In this document: positions 27,757-34,646 of the stretch, in pieces | How positions within the stretch are numbered: the stretch's first letter is position 1 | Layout: every line of letters starts with the position of its first letter | Origin: Bacilli bacterium | Lineage (GTDB): Bacteria; Bacillota_I; Bacilli_A; RFN20; CAG-826 | Length of the DNA stretch: 64,000 nucleotides | Direction: 5' to 3' | Assembly (NCBI GenBank): GCA_024408505.1 | Contig: JAKSUZ010000002.1 | Coordinates: 65,337-129,336, forward strand | The notes under the pieces: generated by a model | What the model saw: only the letters and a program-made list of their open reading frames with translations | What the model was told of the DNA's origin: nothing | Databases searched by the model: none | Translations under genes and position numbers: made by a program

Positions 27757-27849
27757 ACATAAGGTTCTAACCATTTTTGATATTATTTTACATTTCCTTA
27801 CTTTATATATAATAAGGATTACAATTTCATATCCACAAGATACAGAAAA

Positions 27850-28956
27850 TTAAATACAGAAAGCAGGGGCGATAGAGTGTGGGGCCGTTGAACCATCTAA
27901 ATTCATGATGCCGGTTTCATAAATGCGGTATACATATCTATTATTTTTTGTATAAGGCGAGCGAAGCCAATAATTGTAACCATTATCGCCATCGACTATT
28001 TTTTTAATTCGATAAGTTTTGTCTTCGTCCGTATCTCCACTATGTCCTTTATAATATTCATAAATGCCTGCTTCACCAGGAGTAACATAATCATAATAGG
28101 TACCGCTGTGATTATGAATTTCATCATATGCTAATAGGAAAAGTTTAGGATAAGTAAACCCATCAAAAGATGTAGCCTTAAAATTATCCCTTCCTTCAAT
28201 TTCTTCTTCATTAACACCTACTAATTTATTAACTGGTTTAATTATTCCTTCTTTTCTTAAATCATCAGGCAGTTGACTAAAAACACCTATACCATCTTCT
28301 GCGTTTAAAAAGCCGTTAATGTCGGATTGGCGATAATCACAGTTATTGGTTTCATCCCAAACATAAGGAAAAGGACCAGTTTTATCTCCCTTTGTAAGAA
28401 GTTCTACAAATTCAAAGGTAATACCAGCCTTACCAGAACCATCTGCTAAATCATCGTGATTGAAATCGATAATTCTTACGGTATGAGCAAAACTTTGACC
28501 TTTTAGTGTTACTGCCTTGGTATCACCAACTTTAAAGAATTCGTCTGCTCTACCAGTCGCAGATATTTCAGCAATCTCATCCCAAGATGAAGTTTCTAAA
28601 TCTTTGTGATAGGTCGAACCGGCTGCGGTAACAGTTAAGTTTCCAACAACAGGAATAAAGATATTACCCCCTGAATACTTGTATTCAACAGTTTCATCCG
28701 TTCCTGTCTTTTTAATAGAAATATTAGATTTCAAAGGAACTTTAAATGGTTTGTTACCTTCAAAATGAAATTCTTTATATAAGGATTGAGCAGGGTCAAC
28801 AGCAGGAACTGTAACGCTGGTAACTTCTTTATCACTTTCATCAAAGGCTTTACAATCCGTACAATTGAAAGTAATTGTGTAAGTAGGTTCAGGTTTAGAA
28901 CCACCACAACTTAAAAGCATCAAAGGTGCTAATAATAAAATTAGTTTTTTCTTCAT
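27850..28956 (-). CDS. lipoprotein A1 with a C-terminal DUF6273-like domain
   Basis: MKKKLILLLAPLMLLSC lipobox. C-terminus ...YNYWLRSPY...APAFCI. Start set at the MKKK ATG (28956) because the upstream ATG lies inside a TGTATAAT box. Confidence 0.75.
   Translation of the reverse strand: MKKKLILLLAPLMLLSCGGSKPEPTYTITFNCTDCKAFDESDKEVTSVTVPAVDPAQSLYKEFHFEGNKPFKVPLKSNISIKKTGTDETVEYKYSGGNIFIPVVGNLTVTAAGSTYHKDLETSSWDEIAEISATGRADEFFKVGDTKAVTLKGQSFAHTVRIIDFNHDDLADGSGKAGITFEFVELLTKGDKTGPFPYVWDETNNCDYRQSDINGFLNAEDGIGVFSQLPDDLRKEGIIKPVNKLVGVNEEEIEGRDNFKATSFDGFTYPKLFLLAYDEIHNHSGTYYDYVTPGEAGIYEYYKGHSGDTDEDKTYRIKKIVDGDNGYNYWLRSPYTKNNRYVYRIYETGIMNLDGSTAPHSIAPAFCI
28418..28599 (-). repeat. 182-bp tract 100 percent identical to 31504-31685
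   Basis: Read base by base. The flanks of the two paralogs are clearly diverged. Confidence 0.9.
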
Positions 28957-28962
28957 ACCACT

Positions 28963-28970
28963 ATTATACA
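28963..28970 (-). promoter_or_regulatory. TGTATAAT box 6 nt upstream of ATG 28956
   Basis: TGTATAAT-N6-ATG with no SD. Confidence 0.45.
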
Positions 28971-29002
28971 TAGTTTTATTTTATAAATAAAAATGTAGAA
29001 AA

Positions 29003-29611
29003 TTAAATCGTTGGAGAAGGTGGTTCGATTTTATCGTAGGTATATGTAACATTTTCCTTAACAACTTTTCCTAAAATAGGACTAATTTTAATACACTTAG
29101 AAAGTTTTTTATTTAAAAATTGATACAGTGAAACAGCAACATCAATATCCGTATAAGAGTAAGTTGTATATTCTTTTCTTTCTTCACTATAGTAAAAATC
29201 ACTGTATTCTTTTTCTCTAACCTTTTTAAATGCTTCATCTACATATTCGGAAATTGTTTTAAAATCACCTTCTTTATATGTATCAGGCGTAAATGGTTCT
29301 TCTTTGCTGTGTCGCTCATATTTAGAATAATTATCGCCATCTTTCAAAACGAGAATTTCAGTATACATATCGCTCCATTCATTTGAATGATGATAACTTG
29401 TAGGTGTGAATTCATATATAGCCAAACCTTCTTCATACCCTTCCCCTTCCTGAGTAATACTAAATTGTAAATACTCAACATCTTTCATAGCGAAAGCATC
29501 TTTCATTTCTTGTTCGGTTACGGTGTATTCATCCTTTTGTGGATTATTATTTCCACAACTCGCAAGTAGCGAAATCGCCATTAAAGGCATAACAAATAAA
29601 ATCTTCTTCAT
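29003..29611 (-). CDS. lipoprotein B1 (partner family, ends ...YDKIEPPSPTI)
   Basis: MKKILFVMPLMAISLLASC lipobox. Paralog of 32090-32983. Confidence 0.7.
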   Translation of the reverse strand: MKKILFVMPLMAISLLASCGNNNPQKDEYTVTEQEMKDAFAMKDVEYLQFSITQEGEGYEEGLAIYEFTPTSYHHSNEWSDMYTEILVLKDGDNYSKYERHSKEEPFTPDTYKEGDFKTISEYVDEAFKKVREKEYSDFYYSEERKEYTTYSYTDIDVAVSLYQFLNKKLSKCIKISPILGKVVKENVTYTYDKIEPPSPTI

Positions 29612-29617
29612 ATTTTT

Positions 29618-29625
29618 ATTATACA
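29618..29625 (-). promoter_or_regulatory. TGTATAAT box 6 nt upstream of ATG 29611
   Basis: TGTATAAT-N6-ATG with no SD. Confidence 0.45.
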
Positions 29626-29643
29626 TTGTTTTATTTTATAAAT

Positions 29644-29667
29644 AAAAATGGTCGGAACAGTGGGTTA
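29644..29667 (-). repeat. displaced copy 2 of the tRNA-Pro 3' end (att-like)
   Basis: 29649-29664 TGGTCGGAACAGTGGG, preceded by A5. Confidence 0.9.
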
Positions 29668-29739
29668 TATGGGGGAATATAAATTTTCATTGATAATTTT
29701 CAAATTCGTTTAATTATATCTGAATTTCTTTAATTTTAT

Positions 29740-30411
29740 TTAAAAATCATTAATAGAAAATAGTGACGTTAGGTTATTATCGGATATAGCTTTATTGATT
29801 TTCTTTTTCCAGGATTTAGGTAGATTACTAAATAATCTTTTAAGTTCATTTAAATAAGTAGGATATTTATTAATAAACTGCATTAATTCGGTTATGGATG
29901 AAATGTCTTTCTCAGCTTTATCTTTCCTTTGACTATTGATTAATAATTTTTGTAAAACATATATAGCGGGATGAATTACTTTAACCTTTACTCCTTTATA
30001 ATTGACTTCTAAATAGTTGTTATTAAAGATATCTACATATGGTAACGATTCAGCGTATATTTTGGTTTTTCCTAATTCAATCGTGCTTAAGCGATTACGA
30101 TTTAATTTTGTTAAAAACTCTACAGTAAAGCCGTCTGGAGAAATAAATTTGGATTTATTACTACCCATATCGTAAGTTATATCGTAATTAATATTCTTAA
30201 ATGAGTTAATTACACTATTCTTTTCACAAACGCTTTTAGGATTAGGAACATAAAAATCAACATCCACGGTCATAATGGTTGGTCGATAATTCTTAAAAAG
30301 CTCTCGATAAATAACCATCGCCCAAGATCCAATAAGAATTAGATCATTCAAAACTTCTTCTTTACCTAAAGTATTTAATAATTCTATCAATTTCTCTTCA
30401 TTCTCAATCAT
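29740..30411 (-). CDS. minimal nucleotidyltransferase-fold protein (AbiEii/GSU2403-like), putative toxin or effector
   Basis: LILIGSWAMVIY...TVDVDFYV fits the G[SG]...DxD Pol-beta-type NTase signature. 223 aa. Overlaps the upstream small gene by 8 nt. Confidence 0.5.
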   Translation of the reverse strand: MIENEEKLIELLNTLGKEEVLNDLILIGSWAMVIYRELFKNYRPTIMTVDVDFYVPNPKSVCEKNSVINSFKNINYDITYDMGSNKSKFISPDGFTVEFLTKLNRNRLSTIELGKTKIYAESLPYVDIFNNNYLEVNYKGVKVKVIHPAIYVLQKLLINSQRKDKAEKDISSITELMQFINKYPTYLNELKRLFSNLPKSWKKKINKAISDNNLTSLFSINDF

Positions 30412-30715
30412 AAATTCGATATACTCTCTCCAATTTCTTTAATTCGATTTTAGCGATTCTTAAATTATTCTTTATTCTTTTATATTCTTTGGCTTGATTA
30501 ATCGCTTCTCTTGCTTTAGGCGAATTAGCCTTACCTATATATTTAGAAATAACTTTCCCGTTTTCTTTATATTTACGGTACACAAACGATTGATTGTTAA
30601 TCTTAGCAATATAAATGCTACCACGTGGTAAAGACACTAGCGATCTTTCATATACGCTAACATTTTCTTTAAGTCTATTGACTTCTTCTTTTAAAACATT
30701 CGAAATAACACTCAT
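30404..30715 (-). CDS. small coiled-coil partner protein (103 aa), putative antitoxin or regulator
   Basis: MSVISNVLKEEVNRLKEN...LPRGSIYIAKINNQSFVYRKYKENGKVISKYIGK... flanked by Lys/Glu-rich helices. Start at 30715, 6 nt after a TGTATAAT box. Confidence 0.45.
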   Translation of the reverse strand: MSVISNVLKEEVNRLKENVSVYERSLVSLPRGSIYIAKINNQSFVYRKYKENGKVISKYIGKANSPKAREAINQAKEYKRIKNNLRIAKIELKKLERVYRIYD

Positions 30716-30721
30716 ATCGTT

Positions 30722-30729
30722 ATTATACA
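30722..30729 (-). promoter_or_regulatory. TGTATAAT box 6 nt upstream of ATG 30715
   Basis: TGTATAAT-N6-ATG with no SD. Confidence 0.45.
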
Positions 30730-30770
30730 ACTTTTAATTGAAAATACAATAAGGTTGTATAAATATTTTT

Positions 30771-30797
30771 AAAAAAATGGTCGGAACAGTGGGTTTA
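30771..30797 (-). repeat. displaced copy 3 of the tRNA-Pro 3' end (att-like; retains part of the T-arm)
   Basis: 30778-30793 TGGTCGGAACAGTGGG preceded by A7. Flanking GGGTTTAACCCAAG resembles the T-arm GGGATTCGAACCCAC. Confidence 0.9.
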
Positions 30798-30902
30798 ACC
30801 CAAGTTCATTATTTTTTTTAGTATTTTTTAGTATTCTTTACCTTTATATATAAGGATTATTAGAAATTGATGTCTAAAAATTGTAGAAAATCGTGTAGAA
30901 AA

Positions 30903-32042
30903 TTAAATACAGAAAGCAGGGGCAACAGGACGCGTATTATAGAAAACTGCGTAGTTGTCGAAATAGCCCTCTTTGTAGACATACCACGCGTAGGTATCAT
31001 TTTCTGTGTAAGGCGAGCGCAACCAATAAATTTCTCCTGTATTGCCGTCAACTTTCTTTTTAACTCGATAAGCCTTATCTTCAGCAGCATCCCCTCCATG
31101 TCCTTCATAATATTTATAAATACCACCACCAGTGGCTGGGTTACCTGCTTCGCCAGGAGTTACATATGGTTTTGTGCCTTCAAGATTATGTAACTCGTTA
31201 TATGCTAACGGGAAAAGTTTAGGACATTTATCTTCTTCAAATGGAGTAGCAATATAATTTTGCCCTTCATCAGTAGATACACCCACTAATTTATTAACTG
31301 GTTTTATTATTCCTTCCTTACTTAAATCATCAGGAAGCATATTGATAACACTCACAGTACCTTCAGTTTCATCGTTTAAAAAGGTATTAAGAACAGATTG
31401 GCGATAATCAAAATTATCACCACTAACAATATATTCACCATCCCAGATAGTAGTATATACATTAGTTTTATCATCTTTAGTAATTACATTCGCAAACTCA
31501 AATGTAATACCAGCCTTACCAGAACCATCTGCTAAATCATCGTGATTGAAATCGATAATTCTTACGGTATGAGCAAAACTTTGACCTTTTAGTGTTACTG
31601 CCTTGGTATCACCAACTTTAAAGAATTCGTCTGCTCTACCAGTCGCAGATATTTCAGCAATCTCATCCCAAGATGAAGTTTCTAAGTCCTTTGAATAAGA
31701 TGAGCCAATAGCAGTAACAGTTAAATTTCCAACAATAGGAACGGATATCGTTCCGTTCACATATTTATGCTTAACAATTTCTTCTGTTCCGGTTTTCTTA
31801 ATAGCAATATCCGATTTCAAAGGAACTTTAAATGGTTTATTACCTTCAAAATGAAATTCTTTATACAAGGACAGAGTAGGGTCAACAGCAGGAACTGTAA
31901 CGCTGGTAACTTCATTATCACTTTCATCATAGGCTCTACAATCCGTACAATTAAAAGTGATTGTATAAGTGGGTTCAGGTTTAGAACCACCACAACTTAA
32001 AAGCATCATAGGTGCTAATAATAAAATTAGTTTTTTCTTCAT
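30903..32042 (-). CDS. lipoprotein A2 with a C-terminal DUF6273-like domain
   Basis: MKKKLILLLAPMMLLSC. Paralog of A1. C-terminus ...IYWLRSPY...VAPAFCI. Confidence 0.75.
   Translation of the reverse strand: MKKKLILLLAPMMLLSCGGSKPEPTYTITFNCTDCRAYDESDNEVTSVTVPAVDPTLSLYKEFHFEGNKPFKVPLKSDIAIKKTGTEEIVKHKYVNGTISVPIVGNLTVTAIGSSYSKDLETSSWDEIAEISATGRADEFFKVGDTKAVTLKGQSFAHTVRIIDFNHDDLADGSGKAGITFEFANVITKDDKTNVYTTIWDGEYIVSGDNFDYRQSVLNTFLNDETEGTVSVINMLPDDLSKEGIIKPVNKLVGVSTDEGQNYIATPFEEDKCPKLFPLAYNELHNLEGTKPYVTPGEAGNPATGGGIYKYYEGHGGDAAEDKAYRVKKKVDGNTGEIYWLRSPYTENDTYAWYVYKEGYFDNYAVFYNTRPVAPAFCI
31504..31685 (-). repeat. 182-bp tract 100 percent identical to 28418-28599
   Basis: Read base by base. Confidence 0.9.
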
Positions 32043-32048
32043 ACCACT

Positions 32049-32056
32049 ATTATACA
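32049..32056 (-). promoter_or_regulatory. TGTATAAT box 6 nt upstream of ATG 32042
   Basis: TGTATAAT-N6-ATG with no SD. Confidence 0.45.
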
Positions 32057-32089
32057 TAGTTTTATTTTACAAATAAAAATTGTAGAAAA

Positions 32090-32983
32090 TTAAATCGTTG
32101 GAGATGGTGGTTCGATTTTATCGTAAGAGAAGGAAAATTCATGTCTCGTAAGGTTGCCTGAGGTATAATCTGAAACAGCACATTTGTTAATTTGCTTATT
32201 ATAAAACTGACTTAATATGACTGTCATAAGACTATCTTGGGTTAAATAAGCCATATATTCCTTTTTTGCCACATTATAATAATAATCTTCATATTTTATA
32301 TTTTTAAATTTCAAAAAATAATCTTCGGCGAATTCACTAATTGTTAGAAATTTACCTGTATACTCAGTGGGTGTAAACGGATTTCCTTCATTTGAACGCT
32401 CATATTGATGATAATTTTCGCCATCTTTAATAATGAGTGTTTCATAATAAGATGGGCTTTTGTATATCACATGATTGCTGGTTGGCGTAAAATTCATTGC
32501 TACCTTATATGTTTCAACACCAGATTTAAAATTAACATTTGTGGTTTGTAAATATTCAACATCTTTCATAGCATAAGCATCTTTCATTTCTTGTTCATCT
32601 ACTTTGAAATCATCTTCAGGTCTCTTCACACTACGCGCGTTTATCGTAACATCCGCGGTCATTTTAATTGTGATAGAACCATCAGTTTCGCTATATCTCC
32701 AAGTACCAGAGAATTCGCCACCATCTATTAACGTAACATCAACTATATCTTGTTTAGGAACATCATATTCTATGTTTTTACCAGCAATAAAGTAATAAAT
32801 AATCTGCCCTGATACAAATTCTTTATCTTCAGTTACTTGCTTCTTATTCTCATCAAGCAAGATACAATCCATGCCATTAAAGTGAAGTTTATGTTTAACT
32901 GTTGTTGGCTCAGGAGTTTTTCCACCACAACTCGCAAGTAGCGAAATGGCCATTAAAGGCATAACAAATACAATCTTTTTCAT
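32090..32983 (-). CDS. lipoprotein B2 (B1 paralog with an extra N-terminal Ig-like module)
   Basis: MKKIVFVMPLMAISLLASC. Same ...YDKIEPPSPTI ending. About 110 aa inserted after the lipobox resemble the N-terminal module of A1/A2. Confidence 0.7.
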   Translation of the reverse strand: MKKIVFVMPLMAISLLASCGGKTPEPTTVKHKLHFNGMDCILLDENKKQVTEDKEFVSGQIIYYFIAGKNIEYDVPKQDIVDVTLIDGGEFSGTWRYSETDGSITIKMTADVTINARSVKRPEDDFKVDEQEMKDAYAMKDVEYLQTTNVNFKSGVETYKVAMNFTPTSNHVIYKSPSYYETLIIKDGENYHQYERSNEGNPFTPTEYTGKFLTISEFAEDYFLKFKNIKYEDYYYNVAKKEYMAYLTQDSLMTVILSQFYNKQINKCAVSDYTSGNLTRHEFSFSYDKIEPPSPTI

Positions 32984-32989
32984 ATTTTT

Positions 32990-32997
32990 ATTATACA
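32990..32997 (-). promoter_or_regulatory. TGTATAAT box 6 nt upstream of ATG 32983
   Basis: TGTATAAT-N6-ATG with no SD. Confidence 0.45.
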
Positions 32998-33122
32998 TTG
33001 TTTTTGCTGGCACAGATTTTAATAAAAATTTTTGTGCCAACACAATATATTTATTAATAAATTAATAAAATTAAATGTACTTTCCCCAATTCTTTTGTCT
33101 TGGGTTTATGAATTAACACCTA

Positions 33123-33953
33123 TTATATCATTCCATAGTTATTTATTCTATATTCAGATGGACTCATTTTTAATCTATTAACTATACGCTCGTTATTGTA
33201 ATAGTTAATGTAGTTGATTATTGCATGAACTAACATTTCTTTATTTTTGTATAGATGCTCTTTTCCATAAAACATTTCTTCTTTCATTCTTCCAAAGAAA
33301 TTTTCGGTTGGAGAATTATCTAAGCAGTTTCCTTTTCTTGACATCGATTGAATTATTCTTAATTCTTTCAATTTATCTCGATATCTATCTATTTGATACT
33401 GCCACCCCTGATCAGAATGAAGGATTGAATTTTGGTAATTCAAAGGATGTCTTTCTTTTAACATCTTGAACATTCTGATTATTTGTCTAAAGTCAGGATT
33501 TTCGGAAATATCATACGCTACAATTTCACGAGTATGGAAATCAATTATCGGTGATAAGTAAATTCGACCAAAAGGCATAATAAATACTGTTATATCGGTT
33601 CCTAATTTTTCAAATGGATAAGATGTTTTAAAGTTGCGATCTAATAAATTAGGGGCAACTTTGCCAACTGTTCCTAGATAAGACACATAACGTCTTTTCT
33701 TTGGTCGCGCTTTTAAATTTAATTTATTCATTAAGCGTTCGACTCTCTTGTGATTTATTTTATGATATCCTAATTTATCTAATTCTTTATTAAGCGCAAT
33801 CGTAATGCGAGGAATACCATATTTTGAATAATTCTTTTTAAAAATTCTTATTATCATTTTCTCATATAAAGCATCTTTATTATCTTTATCGTTAAAATGT
33901 TTATCTTCATAGTAGTAAATTTGTTTAGAAATACCTGATAGAGAAAGAAGCAA
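33123..33953 (-). CDS. IS3-family transposase OrfB (DDE/rve integrase core)
   Basis: The HSDQGWQY and GNCLDNSPTENFFGRMK blocks are typical of rve-domain transposases. The frame stays open upstream into the orfA overlap. Confidence 0.85.
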   Translation of the reverse strand: MLLSLSGISKQIYYYEDKHFNDKDNKDALYEKMIIRIFKKNYSKYGIPRITIALNKELDKLGYHKINHKRVERLMNKLNLKARPKKRRYVSYLGTVGKVAPNLLDRNFKTSYPFEKLGTDITVFIMPFGRIYLSPIIDFHTREIVAYDISENPDFRQIIRMFKMLKERHPLNYQNSILHSDQGWQYQIDRYRDKLKELRIIQSMSRKGNCLDNSPTENFFGRMKEEMFYGKEHLYKNKEMLVHAIINYINYYNNERIVNRLKMSPSEYRINNYGMI

Positions 33954-33991
33954 TTTAAATTGATATTTACCCCGGAGTTCTCGAACAATCT

Positions 33992-34486
33992 TTACTTTTT
34001 CTTTGATTGTTTGCTTCTTGCGAGAATCTGGGGAAATGATTTTTTTAAGTATTCATTCTCCGCTTTTGTTCTTTCTAGATCTTCTAATAATTTTTTATAT
34101 TCTTTCTCGAGAACTTTATCATCATGATGTTTATACGCTTCTCGCGAATAAGTATCTTTAATCGCCGCTTCGCCTTTTCGCTTATATATTAAAACCCAAT
34201 CCGAAACAATCTTTGGATTAGTTAACATCATGTCTAAAGCCACTTCACGATAAGACTTTTTTCCGGATATAATAGCTTCAATACACGCTAACTTGTCTTT
34301 TCGTGTATAAGTCATTCTATCAACTGATTGTTTAAAAGCCTTGTCACCATATCTTTGATATAAGTTGCAGCAATACTTAAGCGTAGTTCTATCCACGCCA
34401 TAGGTTTTTGATACTTCTTCAAATGATAGGCCTTCATTAAGATGCAATTTAACGCATCGCAGCTTTTCCTCTAATGTTGTTTTCAT
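33992..34486 (-). CDS. IS3-family transposase OrfA (HTH)
   Basis: AGGAGGG RBS before MKTTLEEKL. HTH and leucine-zipper-like C-terminus. GAAAAAG slippery-like run at 33995-34001, immediately before the stop, with orfB in the -1 frame. Confidence 0.8.
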   Translation of the reverse strand: MKTTLEEKLRCVKLHLNEGLSFEEVSKTYGVDRTTLKYCCNLYQRYGDKAFKQSVDRMTYTRKDKLACIEAIISGKKSYREVALDMMLTNPKIVSDWVLIYKRKGEAAIKDTYSREAYKHHDDKVLEKEYKKLLEDLERTKAENEYLKKSFPQILARSKQSKKK

Positions 34487-34547
34487 AAAAAATTCCCTCC
34501 TAATCATAACCCATGAGGGCAAAATTATGGGGGAAATTTCAAAAAAA

Positions 34548-34624
34548 TGGTCGGAACAGTGGGATTCGAACCCACGACCTCTTGGTCCCGAACCAAGCGC
34601 ACTACCAAGCTGTGCTATGTCCCG
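34548..34624 (-). tRNA. tRNA-Pro (anticodon CGG), CCA encoded
   Basis: Manual cloverleaf: acceptor CGGGACA/UGUUCCG, D-stem GCAC/GUGC, anticodon stem CUUGG/CCAAG with loop UUCGGGA, T-arm GUGGG-UUCGAAU-CCCAC, discriminator A, CCA. Total 77 nt. Confidence 0.9.
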
Positions 34625-34646
34625 ACACTATAATTATTATCGTTAG

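Larger units (their letters stand above)
33076..34541 (-). mobile_element. IS3-family (IS150-like) insertion sequence
   Basis: Imperfect terminal inverted repeats TGAAATTTCCCCCATAATTTT (revcomp at 34541) and TGTACTTTCCCCAATTCTTTT (33076). Flanked by AAA on both sides. Carries orfA/orfB with a -1 frame offset. Confidence 0.8.

Noticed and set aside
28957-28971. N-terminal extensions MYNSG / MYNKN / MYNND on five ORFs (also 29612-29626, 30716-30730, 32043-32057, 32984-33043)
   Set aside because: The upstream ATG is part of a TGTATAAT box. The downstream ATG begins a textbook MKK... signal peptide and lipobox, so the extensions are probably not translated.
29666-29690. TATGGGGGAATATAAATTTTCA next to tRNA-end copy 2 resembles the IS3 terminal repeat TATGGGGGAAATTTCA
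   Set aside because: The match is short and gapped, and it sits on the wrong side of the tRNA fragment for a simple solo-IR remnant. It may be coincidence, so it is noted only.
30860-31193. 89-aa and 108-aa ORFs overlapping the 3' end of lipoprotein A2
   Set aside because: They are nested in or antisense to the A2 gene, whose C-terminal domain is conserved in three paralogs.
27731-34624. Integron-like or prophage interpretation of the cassette array
   Set aside because: No integrase, attI/attC-like structured sites, or phage structural or replication genes are visible in the window. I report only the repeat structure.
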